A DNA stretch of 64,000 bases from Candidatus Bipolaricaulota bacterium (GCA_046483725.1 JAWOCQ010000056.1:9298-73297); one strand, 5' to 3'. Numbered from the stretch's first letter, positions 29,373 through 40,649 are shown. The notes: generated by a model not told the origin, from the letters alone. Numbers and translations: made by a program.

Positions 29373-30065
29373 ATGAAACGCATCGGCATCCTCGGAGGCA
29401 TGAGCCCGGAGGCCACAGCGGAATACTACCTTCACATCACCCGCCGCTACACGGAACGCTTTGGCAACTGCTCCTACCCGGAGATCTTCATCCACAGCGT
29501 GTCCTTCCAGCCGTACATCGACTGGCCAGCCGCCGGGCGCTGGGACCTGGTCGCCGACGGTCTTGTGGAAGGGGCACGAGGGCTGGAGCGGGCTGGGGCG
29601 GATTTCCTGGTGATCCCCGCCAACACGATGCACTACGTTCTCCCCCAGATCAGCCCCCGGATCGGGATCCCCATTCTGAGCTTGCCGGACGCCGTCAGAG
29701 AGGAAGTCGCTTCGCATGGCCTACGCTGTGTGGGCCTGTTGGGCACGCGGTACACAATGGAGCTTCCGTTCTACGGCAAAGTGCTTGGGAAGAGCTCGAT
29801 CCAGGTCATCGTTCCTCGGGACGAAGACCGCGGAATCGTCGACCGAACCATCTACGAAGAGCTCGTGTTCGGCCAGATCCGCGAGCGTTCCCGTCAGGCA
29901 TTCCTGCGCATCATCGGAGATCTGGTCGCTCAGGGCGCTCAGGCCGTGATCCTCGCGTGTACCGAGATCCCTCTTTTGATACGCCCCGATGACTGCCCAG
30001 TGCCCGTGTTCGATTCCTGCCGCATTCACGCCGACGCCGCCCTGGAACATGCGCTGGGCGAGTAG
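29373..30065 (+). CDS. Asp/Glu/hydantoin racemase superfamily protein (aspartate-racemase-like)
   Basis: MKRIGILGGMSPEAT; VIPANTMH and ILACTEIPLL motif regions. Confidence 0.85.
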   Translation: MKRIGILGGMSPEATAEYYLHITRRYTERFGNCSYPEIFIHSVSFQPYIDWPAAGRWDLVADGLVEGARGLERAGADFLVIPANTMHYVLPQISPRIGIPILSLPDAVREEVASHGLRCVGLLGTRYTMELPFYGKVLGKSSIQVIVPRDEDRGIVDRTIYEELVFGQIRERSRQAFLRIIGDLVAQGAQAVILACTEIPLLIRPDDCPVPVFDSCRIHADAALEHALGE

Positions 30066-30110
30066 GGGGCAAGCCGACCGAACCCAACAGCTGGGAAATC
30101 CTCTCTTCGT

Positions 30111-30890
30111 TCAACTGCCGAGCGCCTTCCAGATCATGTTGCCCGCGGCGTAAAGCATGACCACGCCGAACAGCCGCCGCAGGAAAGGTTGGGAGACGCG
30201 CGGCGCAAGATGGCTTCCAATCTGCGCCCCGAGGATGATCCCGATCGCCAGCGGCACAGCAAGGTCGAACCGGGGGTTCCCCTGCAGGCTGTGCTGGATG
30301 AGCCCGGCGAGGGCCGTAGGGCCCATCACAAAGAGGCTGGTAGCGGCAGCGACCACCACCGCGGTTCCCAGAAGCAGCGTGATGGCCGGAACCATCACCG
30401 TTCCCCCTCCGATGCCGAAGAACCCTGAGGCCGTTCCTGCGAGCAGGCCTACGCCCATCACTGGCAACGCCCGGTAGCTCACCTGTCCGTCCTCCGACGT
30501 TCGCTTGAACCTTTCCGCCAGCTCCTTGGGTGTGCGCCCCCACAACATGAGCACAGCGACATAGATCAGCAGAACCCCGAAGGCGACCGCCAGCACATCG
30601 CTTGAGACGAACTCGGTCAGGTATGCTCCCAGGAACCCTCCGCCTAGCGCCGAGGGCATGAGCATGAAGCCAAGCCGGAAATCCACAATCCCTTGGCGTC
30701 CGTAGCCGATGGTGCTGGAAACGCTGTTGAACACGATGGCCGCAAGGCTGGTAGCCACAGCCACGTGGGTGGTGGGGACGAACACCACAGTCAACAAAGG
30801 CACCATGAAGATGCCCCCGCCCACCCCGATCATGCTCGCGAAGACCCCGATGACGGTGGCCGCAACGGCCAGCAGCAGGTAGTCCATCAC
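30111..30890 (-). CDS. TauE/SafE-family anion exporter membrane protein
   Basis: 259 aa, about 8 TM, internal duplication with GxGGG-type segments (IGVGGGIFMVP, FGIGGGTVMVP). Confidence 0.85.
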   Translation of the reverse strand: MMDYLLLAVAATVIGVFASMIGVGGGIFMVPLLTVVFVPTTHVAVATSLAAIVFNSVSSTIGYGRQGIVDFRLGFMLMPSALGGGFLGAYLTEFVSSDVLAVAFGVLLIYVAVLMLWGRTPKELAERFKRTSEDGQVSYRALPVMGVGLLAGTASGFFGIGGGTVMVPAITLLLGTAVVVAAATSLFVMGPTALAGLIQHSLQGNPRFDLAVPLAIGIILGAQIGSHLAPRVSQPFLRRLFGVVMLYAAGNMIWKALGS

Positions 30891-31217
30891 TCTACGGCTC
30901 TTTCCATCGGTGTCTCAGCCTGCCGCCCGGCCAAGAAGCCCCCTCCTCAGCGTTCACCCTCACAGCTCCGAATGCGTAGTCGTCCCCTTGGCAGGCGACG
31001 CGCACGACGCTCCTTCCTCCCGGCCTGCCCAGGGGGCCATTCTACCTGTAGTCAGCCGGTGAGCCAGCGCCGGAGCCAGCCTTCAACTTCCTCCAGGGGT
31101 CAAAGCTTTAGTTTGATTGTCAGCCAGCCTGAATCTGGGTCACATCTGGCTTGCATAAATACCGCTTGAGGAATCTTCTGCGCTGAGCAAGTGAGACAGT
31201 GGAAGGAGTAGTGTCAA

Positions 31218-32531
31218 TCACATTAAAGCTCTGACCCCTTCGGCGAGGCGGTCGGCAGCCTCGGGGAAGGTGCGCTGTTCGGCGAACTGCCGCGCCTTCC
31301 GGCCCATTTCCGTGATGTCGACGCCGCCGGCCAGAAGCTCGTCCAGGCCGCGTGCCACGCCCTGGGGGGTGGGGCGCACCACACGGCCGAATTCGGGCCG
31401 GACCAACTCCCCGGCAGAGCGGTGGTCGGTGGTGAGCACGGGGAGCCCGTGGCGCATCGCCTCCACCAAGGTCAGACCGTATGACTCATGGCGGGAGGGA
31501 AACACATAGAGGTCGGCAGCAGACAGAAGGTCCGCCTTGTCTTGCCCAGCCACGTAGCCGGCAAAGCGCACGTCTGTCTGCCGAAGCCTCCCAGCCAGGC
31601 GTTGGAGTTTGCGCATATAGCGCCGCCCGTGCATGTAAGCCGGTGCGCCACAGAGCACCACTGTTAGGGGACGACCTCCCCGCTTTTCCCACAGGGAGAG
31701 CGCCCTGAGGAGTATGTCCTGCCCCTTCTCCGGCGATATGCGGCTCAGGGCAATGAGCACAGACCGATCGCTGGGTAAACCAAGCCGCCCGCGCGCTTCG
31801 GCTCCATCGGCGGACGGCTGCCCGGCCGGCAACGACCCCCAGGGAATCACCAGAACATCGTCCGCGGTGCGCCAGGGGTAGGCATCCTGCAGCACCCGCT
31901 GCATGCCACCAGATGGGACTACGAGAAGGTCGGAAAAGCGCGCGCAGGCCTCCTGTTTGCGGAAGATCAAGCGTAGCACATCCGGCGTCAGGCGGAGGCC
32001 CCCCAACCGGTCTACCGCTCGGGCGGCACGCGCCAGCCCACCGGCGGAAACCAACCCGCGCAGGTATACGCTGGCCGCGTAGTCCACTACGTCCACGTGG
32101 AGTATAGTGGCCTGCCGGCAGCCCCGGGCATGGATCGCGCCGAAGTCTCCCGCTTCACAGATATCGTTGTGCAAGACGCAGATGCCGTCTGTGCCATGGC
32201 CGGAAGCCATGTTCTCAAGCTCGCGTGTGACCCCTCGCTCAAACTGCCGGCTGAAGCGGGCGTAGCCGCGCACGGTGAGTTCTGTAAGGCGGTTCCCGCT
32301 CCCCGGGACTTGCCAGCCCAGTTCCCGGTACTCCACACCGGGGAACCGATCCCAACCCTCGCCGGGCCCCGAGCCCAGGACCACGAGCTCAAAGGGACGG
32401 GTCTCCGACCAGCGCCGCACCAGGTGCAGGCCCACGTGGGCCCCACCGCCCAACGGGTCCTGCGTAAGGTCGTAGCCAAGGTGGGCACCGGCAAACACAA
32501 CGGTCGCCTTCACAAACGGGCAGGGTGGCAC
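31218..32531 (-). CDS. Glycosyltransferase, GT4 (GT-B fold) family
   Basis: C-terminal EX7E-type region PSRHESYGLTLVEAMRHGLPVL. Confidence 0.85.
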   Translation of the reverse strand: MPPCPFVKATVVFAGAHLGYDLTQDPLGGGAHVGLHLVRRWSETRPFELVVLGSGPGEGWDRFPGVEYRELGWQVPGSGNRLTELTVRGYARFSRQFERGVTRELENMASGHGTDGICVLHNDICEAGDFGAIHARGCRQATILHVDVVDYAASVYLRGLVSAGGLARAARAVDRLGGLRLTPDVLRLIFRKQEACARFSDLLVVPSGGMQRVLQDAYPWRTADDVLVIPWGSLPAGQPSADGAEARGRLGLPSDRSVLIALSRISPEKGQDILLRALSLWEKRGGRPLTVVLCGAPAYMHGRRYMRKLQRLAGRLRQTDVRFAGYVAGQDKADLLSAADLYVFPSRHESYGLTLVEAMRHGLPVLTTDHRSAGELVRPEFGRVVRPTPQGVARGLDELLAGGVDITEMGRKARQFAEQRTFPEAADRLAEGVRALM

Positions 32532-32583
32532 AGTCCGTCGGCGGGGTGCGGTATGGGCGCACAGGGGACCGGAAGGCTCAAGG

Positions 32584-32871
32584 TCAGCGTTCCTGTTGGC
32601 CCGGGGAGGCGGCCGTCAAAATCTCCCTGGCTGCACGGAGGTCCTCCAGTACGGCCTCGAGCTGCCCCCGCATATCAGTCGGGTCCACCGCGGAACCGGC
32701 CTCGGCCACCTCGCTTTCGGACCACCGTTGCAGCGTGCTATCAATCCGGTCGATGCATGCGTCCAGTCCGGCCATGCCGCTGGGCCGGTTTCCGGACTCC
32801 AAATGCTCCACCGCCCGTTGCACGGAGTTCACAACTTCTGTCAACAACGTCAGCATCTCCACCACACTCAT
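32584..32871 (-). CDS. Hypothetical acidic, helix-rich 95-aa protein translationally coupled to the sigma factor
   Basis: Its ATG overlaps the sigma-factor TGA (ATGA at 32868-32871). No recognisable motif. Confidence 0.5.
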   Translation of the reverse strand: MSVVEMLTLLTEVVNSVQRAVEHLESGNRPSGMAGLDACIDRIDSTLQRWSESEVAEAGSAVDPTDMRGQLEAVLEDLRAAREILTAASPGQQER

Positions 32872-33722
32872 TGGCCGCCCTCGTCAGGTTCATCCCGTTT
32901 GTTCCTCGTTCGGCGGCCCTGTAGACCGTCGCTGTGGCCGAACAGTTGCTCGCTCATTTCCTTGAGAACCCGTTCCTTCATCCTCGCTACCTGCCGCTGG
33001 GGAAGCCCCACCTCTTCACCGACGTCGGCCTGCGTCCGGCCTTGGTAGAATAGCCCGTCGATGATCTTCCGCTGAAGATCGGATAGACGCTCCACCGCCG
33101 CCGCAATGCGCAGACGCACCTCCAGTGGCAGCTGCGCGCTGTCCGCTGCCAGCAGCCGCTGCAGGTCAAGGGAGGGAGACGGATCCGTGGCCCGTCGTTC
33201 TGCGTCGAGAGATACATAGGTCATCGCATCCCGAGACTTGAGCGCTTCGGCCACCGTGTCAGTTCCCACCTCGAGTGCTTTGGCGATCTCCTCCAGGGTG
33301 GGAGGCCGGCCCTTCTCCTGGTACAGCTGATCCTGGCACTCTCGGACCCGTTGCGATACCGCCCGGACCCACTGTGGAACCCGGATACTCCCGTACTTAT
33401 CCCTGATGTAATGGCGGATTTCCCCTTTTATAAGGTGCGTGGCGTAGGTGCTGAACTTCGTCCCCCGCGCGAGATCAAAGTTGGCCACCGCTCCCAGGAG
33501 CCCCAGATACCCGGCTTGGACCAGGTCTTCGATCGGCTCGCCCGTGAACCTAAACTGCGCAGCCACCGAGCGCACCAACCCCGCGTGCCGGCGCACCAGC
33601 TCGTCCTGGAGAGCGGTCCACTCGCTTCCCCCGCCCTGCCCACCGGCCTCCAGCCTGCGCAGCTCGGCCAGCAGGGTTTCCGTGTCTGCATCCTGCCAGT
33701 TCCTCCGGGCTTTGCCCATCAC
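32868..33722 (-). CDS. RNA polymerase sigma factor, sigma-70 family group 3 (SigB/SigF/FliA-like)
   Basis: Region 2 DLVQAGYLGLLGAVANFD ... FSTYATHLIKGEIRHYIRD; region 4.2 HTH RTQADVGEEVGLPQRQVARMKERVL. Confidence 0.9.
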   Translation of the reverse strand: MMGKARRNWQDADTETLLAELRRLEAGGQGGGSEWTALQDELVRRHAGLVRSVAAQFRFTGEPIEDLVQAGYLGLLGAVANFDLARGTKFSTYATHLIKGEIRHYIRDKYGSIRVPQWVRAVSQRVRECQDQLYQEKGRPPTLEEIAKALEVGTDTVAEALKSRDAMTYVSLDAERRATDPSPSLDLQRLLAADSAQLPLEVRLRIAAAVERLSDLQRKIIDGLFYQGRTQADVGEEVGLPQRQVARMKERVLKEMSEQLFGHSDGLQGRRTRNKRDEPDEGGQ

Positions 33723-33862
33723 ACGAATCTACCGCCTTCGCCCCGGGGAAGAACACCCACTTGACCGGCAACAAACGGGCGCTTCTCACCGCGACACCGG
33801 CGCAGCGTCCGTTCGCACGCAGACGCCCAGCTGCGTCCAGGCAGAGGCCGCCTGTGCGCCTG

Positions 33863-34330
33863 TTACGGGCTCGTCAGCTCCACTGCCACCAACAACGTCA
33901 CGACCACTACCAACGCCACCAATCCCAGCTCCATCGGACTGGGCCGCCAGCGCACCTCCTCCACCCGGTCCAACGGGGAGGGGCAGTCCACCTGAAGGCA
34001 CCTCTCAACCTCCTCCTCAATCAGAAGCTCCACTGCCGGCCCCACACGCACCGTGGCCTGCTCTCCTACGAACACCGCAGGCACGACAACGTCGTCCAAG
34101 CCGTAAGCATCTGCCACAGCCTGCATGAGCCGCCAGTTGTCGGCGTCGAAGCTGACCTCATGGCGGTGAATTTCCAGCTCAGGGTAGCGCTCTTGTAGCT
34201 CCTCCAGGTACTCGCTCATGACACCACACTCCGGACACCCCCGCGCCCAGAAGTACTGAAGCTCCACGGCGCCAAGGGCCACCCCACCCGCCAATGTCAC
34301 GATAATTAGCAGCACACCAATCGCTCTCAT
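33863..34330 (-). CDS. Membrane-anchored thioredoxin/glutaredoxin-like protein (CPEC active site)
   Basis: N-terminal TM, WARGCPECG redox motif, C-terminal TM. Confidence 0.6.
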   Translation of the reverse strand: MRAIGVLLIIVTLAGGVALGAVELQYFWARGCPECGVMSEYLEELQERYPELEIHRHEVSFDADNWRLMQAVADAYGLDDVVVPAVFVGEQATVRVGPAVELLIEEEVERCLQVDCPSPLDRVEEVRWRPSPMELGLVALVVVVTLLVAVELTSP

Positions 34331-34400
34331 AGTAGCTCAGCTTAACCTCCCGGCGGCCCTGGGCGCCAGCAGCAAGAGGAGAGGGTGGTAAGATTGGGGT

Positions 34401-36392
34401 ATGGCTAAGACGGCTGCGACCGAGGAACGCTTCTGTGTCAGGACCAAGCTTGAGCCTCAAGGCGATCAGCCCAAGGCAATCCGTGAGCTGGTTCGGGGGC
34501 TGAACGAAGGCGCGAGGTTCCAGACCCTCCTCGGGGCGACAGGCACGGGGAAGACTTTCACCATTGCCCACGTGGTCCAGGAGGTACAGCGCCCCACGCT
34601 CGTCATTGCCCACAACAAGACCCTGACCGCACAGCTGTACGGCGAGCTGCGGGAGCTGTTCCCAAACAACGCCGTGCACTACTTCGTCTCCTACTACGAC
34701 TACTACCAGCCGGAGGCCTATATTCCGCAGACGGACACCTACATCGAGAAAGACTCCCAGATCAACGAGGAAATCGACCGGCTTCGCCATGCCGCCACGG
34801 CATCGCTCCTGTCGCGCAGAGACGTGATCGTGGTGGCTTCCGTCTCCTGTATCTACGGGTTGGGTTCGCCTTCCGACTACGCATCGCTTTCCCTGACCCT
34901 GAACGAAGGTACCGAGTACGACCTGGATGATGTGCTCCGCCAGCTGGTACAGCTGCAGTACCGGCGCAACGAGCTGGCATTCGAGCGCGGCACATTCCGC
35001 CTGCGGGGCGACGTCCTAGAGATCATCCCCGCCTCAGAGGATCACGGCTGGCGCGTGGAGTGGTTCGGAGATGAGGTCGAACGGATTACCGAAGTGGATC
35101 CTCTCACTGGAGACGTCCTGCGGCCGCGTCGGAGCATCACCGTGCCCCCGGCGACCCACTTTGTGACCCCCCAGCAGCGCCTTAAGCGGGCCATCGAGTC
35201 CATCGAGGAGGAGCTGGACAAGAGGCTGGAGGAGCTACAGGCAGCCGGACGGCTGCTGGAGGCCCAGCGATTGGAGCAGCGCACAATGTACGACCTGGAG
35301 ATGCTGCGCGAGATGGGGTACTGCCCGGGAATCGAGAACTACTCCCGCCACCTGGACGGCCGCACCGCTCACGAACCGCCGTGGAGCTTGCTCGACTATT
35401 TCCCGCCCGACTTTCTCACAGTGGTCGACGAGTCCCACCAGACGATCCCGCAGCTCAACGCCATGTACCACGGAGACCGCTCGCGGAAGAACACCTTGGT
35501 GGAGTTCGGCTTTCGTCTCCCATCGGCCCTGGACAACCGGCCGCTCACTTTTGAGGAGTGCGAGAACCGTCTGGGGCAGGTTCTGTTTACCTCAGCGACC
35601 CCGGGGCCTTACGAGCAGCGTGTTTCCAGCGCCGTGGTGGAGCAGATCATCAGGCCCACCGGGCTGGTGGACCCCAAGGTGGAGGTGCACCCGGTGCGCG
35701 GACAGGTGGACCACCTGCTAGGCGAGGTCCAGGAAGTGGTGAACCGCGGGGAACGGGCCCTGGTGACCACATTGACCAAACGCATGGCCGAGGACCTGAC
35801 CGACTACCTGACCGAGCTCGGCGTGCGGTCCCGGTACCTGCACTCGGAGATCGATACCCTGGAACGGGTGGACATCCTCCGGGAGCTCAGGCTGGGGAAG
35901 TTCGACGTCCTAGTGGGGGTAAACCTCCTGCGGGAGGGGCTGGACCTCCCGGAGGTCTCCCTTGTGGGGATTCTGGATGCCGACAAGGAGGGCTTCCTCC
36001 GCTCCAACACCTCACTCATCCAGACCATCGGACGTGCGGCTCGAAACGTCCGCGGCAAGGTAATTCTGTACGCCGACCGCGACACCGGCGCCATCCGCGA
36101 GGCACTACAGGAGACCAACCGCCGCCGGCAAATCCAATTGGACCACAACCGGCGCCAGGGGATCACGCCAAAGTCCGTGGAGAAGGCAATACGCGATCAC
36201 TTCGCCGATGTCCGCCCCGTGGAGGAGCCGTTGGAGCTCCCTTCCGATCCGGAGCAGCTCTCCTACGAGGAGCTGCGTGAGCTGATTCGCGAGCTTGAGG
36301 GCAAGATGCACAACGCCGCGGAGAAGCTGGAGTTCGAACTCGCCGCCGCTCTGCGGGACAAGATCCGCGATCTGCGCCGGCTGCTTCGCTAG
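34401..36392 (+). CDS. uvrB: Excinuclease ABC subunit B
   Basis: [12 protein letters not shown] box and C-terminal UVR domain ([13 protein letters not shown]). Confidence 0.97.
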   Translation: MAKTAATEERFCVRTKLEPQGDQPKAIRELVRGLNEGARFQTLLGATGTGKTFTIAHVVQEVQRPTLVIAHNKTLTAQLYGELRELFPNNAVHYFVSYYDYYQPEAYIPQTDTYIEKDSQINEEIDRLRHAATASLLSRRDVIVVASVSCIYGLGSPSDYASLSLTLNEGTEYDLDDVLRQLVQLQYRRNELAFERGTFRLRGDVLEIIPASEDHGWRVEWFGDEVERITEVDPLTGDVLRPRRSITVPPATHFVTPQQRLKRAIESIEEELDKRLEELQAAGRLLEAQRLEQRTMYDLEMLREMGYCPGIENYSRHLDGRTAHEPPWSLLDYFPPDFLTVVDESHQTIPQLNAMYHGDRSRKNTLVEFGFRLPSALDNRPLTFEECENRLGQVLFTSATPGPYEQRVSSAVVEQIIRPTGLVDPKVEVHPVRGQVDHLLGEVQEVVNRGERALVTTLTKRMAEDLTDYLTELGVRSRYLHSEIDTLERVDILRELRLGKFDVLVGVNLLREGLDLPEVSLVGILDADKEGFLRSNTSLIQTIGRAARNVRGKVILYADRDTGAIREALQETNRRRQIQLDHNRRQGITPKSVEKAIRDHFADVRPVEEPLELPSDPEQLSYEELRELIRELEGKMHNAAEKLEFELAAALRDKIRDLRRLLR

Positions 36393-36511
36393 TTTGCCTG
36401 TGGGACTACCACGGCGAACCCATGGTGAGCACCCGGCCCTGGCGCTATGATTACTCTATTGGAGGTATGCCTAGTTAAGGAGGGAGAGCGCTCAAAGCCA
36501 AAGCGTAACGT

Positions 36512-39337
36512 ATGGAAAAACTGATAGTCCGGGGTGCCCGAGAGCACAACCTGAAGAACATCGATGTGGAGATTCCCCGGGGCCGACTGGTAGTGATCAC
36601 CGGCATATCCGGTTCCGGTAAGTCCTCGCTGGCCTTCGACACCATCTATGCCGAGGGCCAGCGGCGCTACGTGGAGTCTCTATCAGCCTACGCCCGACAG
36701 TTTCTGGGCCTGATGGAGAAGCCCGATGTCGATTTCATCGAGGGCCTCTCGCCAGCCATCTCCATCGACCAGAAGTCCCGCTCCCACAATCCACGTTCCA
36801 CCGTGGGCACGGTGACTGAGATTCACGACTACCTGAGGCTCCTGTTCGCCCGGATCGGCCGGCCGCATTGTCCCCGCTGTGGAAAGCCCATCGAGCGGCA
36901 GACGGCCCAGCAAATCATCGACCAGGTAAGCGCCCTCACCGAGGGCACAGCCGTGCAGGTCATGGCACCGGTAGTGCGGGGCCGCAAGGGCGAATATAAG
37001 CACGTGTTCCAGGAGCTGAAGAAGGAAGGTTTTGTGCGGGTGCGGGTGGATGGCGTCCTCCGCACTCTGTACGAGGACGTCCAACTGGACAAGAACAAGC
37101 GGCACACCGTGGAGATCGTGGTGGACAGGATAAAGGTCTCCGACCGCAAGCGAACGCGGATCGCCGATTCGGTAGAGACCGCCCTGCGTCACGGAGAGGG
37201 ACAGGTGATCGTCGAGGTTCTCGGACAAGGGGAGAGCTTGTACTCCGAGCACTTCGCCTGCGCAGATTGTGGGATCAGCATCGAGAAGCTCGAACCACGG
37301 CTGTTCTCCTTCAACTCGCCCTTCGGTGCCTGTTCCACCTGTGATGGCCTCGGCCGGCGGATGGTGGTGGACCCGGACATGGTGCTCGACCGGAGGAAGT
37401 CGCTGCGCGATGGGGGACTTCTCCCCTGGGCCACATCCAAATCTCGCTGGCTGTGGGCACTTTTGGACGGCACGTGCAAATCCTATGGCATCCCCCGCGA
37501 CGTACCTCTGGGGGAGCTGTCCTCGGAGCAATTAGACATCTTGCTTTACGGCACAGGCGGGGAGACAGTGCCCTTCAGCTACACCACTTCGCGCGGCCGG
37601 ACTCGCGTCTACCACCGGGCGTTCAGCGGAGTAGTCTCCAGTTTGGCGGAAAGCTACCGGGACGCTGCCTCGGAGGATGCCCGACGGGAGATAGAGCAGT
37701 ACATGTCGGCCCTGCCCTGCCCGGACTGCCAGGGAGCGCGGCTAAAGCCTGAGGCACTGGCCGTGACCATTCAGGGGCAAAGCATCTGGGATGTCTCCTG
37801 GCTCCCAGTGCGGGACGCGCTGGAACTCTTCAAAGGCCTGAAGCTCTCTTCTCGGGAACAGCTGATCGCCCAGCAAATCCTGAAGGAAATCCGGTCTCGC
37901 CTGCAGTTCATGGTCGATGTCGGACTGGACTACCTCACATTGGATCGCCCGGCGAACACGCTGGCCGGTGGCGAAGCACAGCGCATTCGGCTGGCCACGC
38001 AAATTGGCTCCCAGCTGGCCGGGGTGCTCTATGTCCTGGACGAGCCTTCGGTGGGGTTGCATGCCAGGGATCACCTGCGGCTCTTGGCTACGCTGCGACG
38101 CCTGCGCGACCTGGGAAACACTGTGCTCGTGGTGGAACACGATGAGGAGACCATGCGCCAGGCGGACCACCTGGTGGACCTAGGCCCAGGAGCCGGGATC
38201 CATGGCGGGGACGTTGTCGCCTCCGGTGCTCCTCAACAGGTGGCCGCCGAGCGCCGCTCTCTGACAGGTCGTTATCTGTCGGGGGAGTTGCGGATACCCC
38301 TTCCCCGGGAGCGGCGGCAGGCAGGAGCCCGGTGGTTGACGGCCCGCGGAGCCCGGCAGCACAACCTCCAGGGGATCGACGTGCGGATACCGTTGGGGCT
38401 CTTTGTTTGCGTGACGGGAGTGTCCGGCTCAGGGAAGTCCACCCTGGTGGAGGATGTGCTGTATCGCGGTGCGACATGGCGCTTGGGCTATGCGGTGGGA
38501 AAACCCGGAGCCCATGACGATATCGAAGGCATCGAACACATCAACAAGGCAGTGGTCATCGACCAGGCTCCCATCGGCCGGACCCCTCGTTCCAACCCGG
38601 CCACCTACACCAAAGTGTTCGACCCCATCCGCCAGGTCTTCGCGGCCACGCCGGAGGCGAGGATGCGCGGTTACGCCCCCGGGCGCTTCTCCTTCAACGT
38701 GCGGGGCGGACGATGCGAGGCGTGCCAGGGCCAAGGAAAGGTTAAGATAGAGATGCACTTCCTGCCCAACGTGTACGTCCCCTGCGAGGTATGTCGTGGA
38801 ACGCGCTACAACCGCGAGACTCTCCAGGTCCGCTACAAGAACAAGAGCATCGCCGAAGTGTTGGACATGACCGTGGAGGAGGCCACGGGTTTCTTCGCCG
38901 CTATACCTCCGGTACGCGACCGCCTGCAGCTCCTGTACGACGTGGGCTTGGGCTACATCAAGCTAGGTCAGCCCGCCACGGAGCTCTCCGGCGGGGAGGC
39001 GCAACGGGTAAAGCTAGCGCGGGAGCTTGGCCGTCGGAACACGGACCGTACGCTGTACCTTTTGGACGAGCCCACGACCGGGTTGCATGCCGACGACGTC
39101 CGGCACCTGCTGAACGTGCTCCAACGGTTGGTGGACAGTGGCAACACCGTTGTGGTGATCGAGCACCACCTGGACGTGATCAAGACCGCCGATTGGATTG
39201 TTGATCTCGGCCCGGAGGGCGGTGACCAGGGGGGCCGTGTAGTTGCCCAGGGACCGCCGGAGAGAGTGTGTGAGAATCCGGATTCCTATACCGGTCAATA
39301 CCTGCGCCGGGTGCTGGAGCCCCAGGAAGTCCATTAA
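36512..39337 (+). CDS. uvrA: Excinuclease ABC subunit A
   Basis: Two ABC modules ([20 protein letters not shown]), Zn-finger cysteines and LSGGEAQR signatures. Confidence 0.97.
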   Translation: MEKLIVRGAREHNLKNIDVEIPRGRLVVITGISGSGKSSLAFDTIYAEGQRRYVESLSAYARQFLGLMEKPDVDFIEGLSPAISIDQKSRSHNPRSTVGTVTEIHDYLRLLFARIGRPHCPRCGKPIERQTAQQIIDQVSALTEGTAVQVMAPVVRGRKGEYKHVFQELKKEGFVRVRVDGVLRTLYEDVQLDKNKRHTVEIVVDRIKVSDRKRTRIADSVETALRHGEGQVIVEVLGQGESLYSEHFACADCGISIEKLEPRLFSFNSPFGACSTCDGLGRRMVVDPDMVLDRRKSLRDGGLLPWATSKSRWLWALLDGTCKSYGIPRDVPLGELSSEQLDILLYGTGGETVPFSYTTSRGRTRVYHRAFSGVVSSLAESYRDAASEDARREIEQYMSALPCPDCQGARLKPEALAVTIQGQSIWDVSWLPVRDALELFKGLKLSSREQLIAQQILKEIRSRLQFMVDVGLDYLTLDRPANTLAGGEAQRIRLATQIGSQLAGVLYVLDEPSVGLHARDHLRLLATLRRLRDLGNTVLVVEHDEETMRQADHLVDLGPGAGIHGGDVVASGAPQQVAAERRSLTGRYLSGELRIPLPRERRQAGARWLTARGARQHNLQGIDVRIPLGLFVCVTGVSGSGKSTLVEDVLYRGATWRLGYAVGKPGAHDDIEGIEHINKAVVIDQAPIGRTPRSNPATYTKVFDPIRQVFAATPEARMRGYAPGRFSFNVRGGRCEACQGQGKVKIEMHFLPNVYVPCEVCRGTRYNRETLQVRYKNKSIAEVLDMTVEEATGFFAAIPPVRDRLQLLYDVGLGYIKLGQPATELSGGEAQRVKLARELGRRNTDRTLYLLDEPTTGLHADDVRHLLNVLQRLVDSGNTVVVIEHHLDVIKTADWIVDLGPEGGDQGGRVVAQGPPERVCENPDSYTGQYLRRVLEPQEVH

Positions 39338-39382
39338 CGGTGGCATCCAGCCTCGCGTGCAGCTAAGGAAGGGAGGAGGACT

Positions 39383-39853
39383 ATGACGGTACGGTCGTTA
39401 CTGGCCGAGCAACTCCGACATACGTGCGAGTCTGGAGTTTGGCAGCCGCCCTTGTTTGTGGCGGTGGAGGGATTGAGCCCAGAACAAGCTGCGTGGAAAC
39501 CCGGACCGGGGCGGCATTCGATCTGGGAGATCGTCCGCCATCTGCTACATTGGAAGCGCTTTGTGCTGGAGCTATGGGACGGACGACAGGCCAGTCATGA
39601 CGATTGGGAGAGGCGTGACTGGGCCCCGTTTACCGTAGAGGAGTCGGCCTGGCCGCGCGATGTCAAGGAACTCAAGGAGATGTCGAAGGAGATCGCTCAG
39701 AGGGTGGCAGACCTGAGCGATAGAGATCTCGGATCCACCTTCCCCTACTGGAACCAACCACTGAGCGTCGTCCTGGCGGACATGGCAAGCCATGACGCTT
39801 ACCATGCAGGACAGGTCCAGCTTCTCCGAGCGCTGCAGACAATGGAAGGGTAA
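39383..39853 (+). CDS. DinB-family (four-helix bundle, His-triad) protein
   Basis: IWEIVRHLLHW ... HDAYHAGQ. Confidence 0.85.
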   Translation: MTVRSLLAEQLRHTCESGVWQPPLFVAVEGLSPEQAAWKPGPGRHSIWEIVRHLLHWKRFVLELWDGRQASHDDWERRDWAPFTVEESAWPRDVKELKEMSKEIAQRVADLSDRDLGSTFPYWNQPLSVVLADMASHDAYHAGQVQLLRALQTMEG

Positions 39854-39911
39854 CAGACACCACCAAGGTGAAACCTCCACCCTGCCCACAGCGTATATAT
39901 GGTGGAGGTGG

Positions 39912-40649
39912 ATGACCGTGGTCAAGAAGATGATCCTGTTGGCAGCGGTGGTGCTGTGGGGAACACTTGCTGTGCAGGCGAGCACGGACCCCTCACCACT
40001 GGGGCTGGTCCCGGAGCCCGTTCCGGGCCTTGAGGTGTCCATATGGACGGACAAGTCCGAGTACACGGTGGACGAGCACGCCCGCGTCAATATCTGGCTG
40101 TCCCGCAATGCGTACGTTTACGTATACAACATCGACGCCCATGGACGGGTCCGACAGATCTTCCCCAACTGGTATTCCAGTGACCCGTACCTCAGACGTG
40201 GCACGCACGTCCTCCCCGACCGACCCGATTACCGGCTGGGTGTGACCGGTCCGGAAGGTATGGACAGGTTGCAGGTGATTGCCAGCAGGCAGCCGCTGGG
40301 AGTTGGCACCGGCTCACCGGGAGATCCGTATCCCCTGCTGGCCCCTGATGCCCAACAGGGTCGCGCCGTCATCCAAGGGCTGGTACCCGAACCCAGCCGC
40401 TACGTCACCGCTTGGACCACTTTCCGGGTGTGGGCGAAGGTGCAGCCGCCCACCTGGGGCTGGCCTTTCGCTCCGCGACCACCGTCCTGGAGCCCGCCGC
40501 ATTACCCGCCCCATGGATGGGGCTGGTACCACTACGACGGCGACTGGTACCTGTTCATCGGGGAGTGTCCCCCCGAAGCTCAGTTCTGCTGGCGATTGGG
40601 CGCGGACGGCCGCTGGCGCTTCAGCTGGCGAATACGGATAGGTAACTAG
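39912..40649 (+). CDS. DUF4384-domain exported protein with Trp/Pro-rich C-terminal tail
   Basis: ATG at 39912 after GGTGGAGGTGG; signal peptide. VSIWTDKSEYTVDEHARVNIWLSRNAYVYVYNIDAHGRVRQIFPN is DUF4384-like. Confidence 0.7.
   Translation: MTVVKKMILLAAVVLWGTLAVQASTDPSPLGLVPEPVPGLEVSIWTDKSEYTVDEHARVNIWLSRNAYVYVYNIDAHGRVRQIFPNWYSSDPYLRRGTHVLPDRPDYRLGVTGPEGMDRLQVIASRQPLGVGTGSPGDPYPLLAPDAQQGRAVIQGLVPEPSRYVTAWTTFRVWAKVQPPTWGWPFAPRPPSWSPPHYPPHGWGWYHYDGDWYLFIGECPPEAQFCWRLGADGRWRFSWRIRIGN

Noticed and set aside
34331-36511. SOS (LexA) operator upstream of uvrB or uvrA.
   Set aside because: I could recognise no CGAAC-N4-GTTCG-type or CTGT-N8-ACAG-type palindrome in either upstream region. The LexA motif of this lineage is unknown, so absence is not proven.
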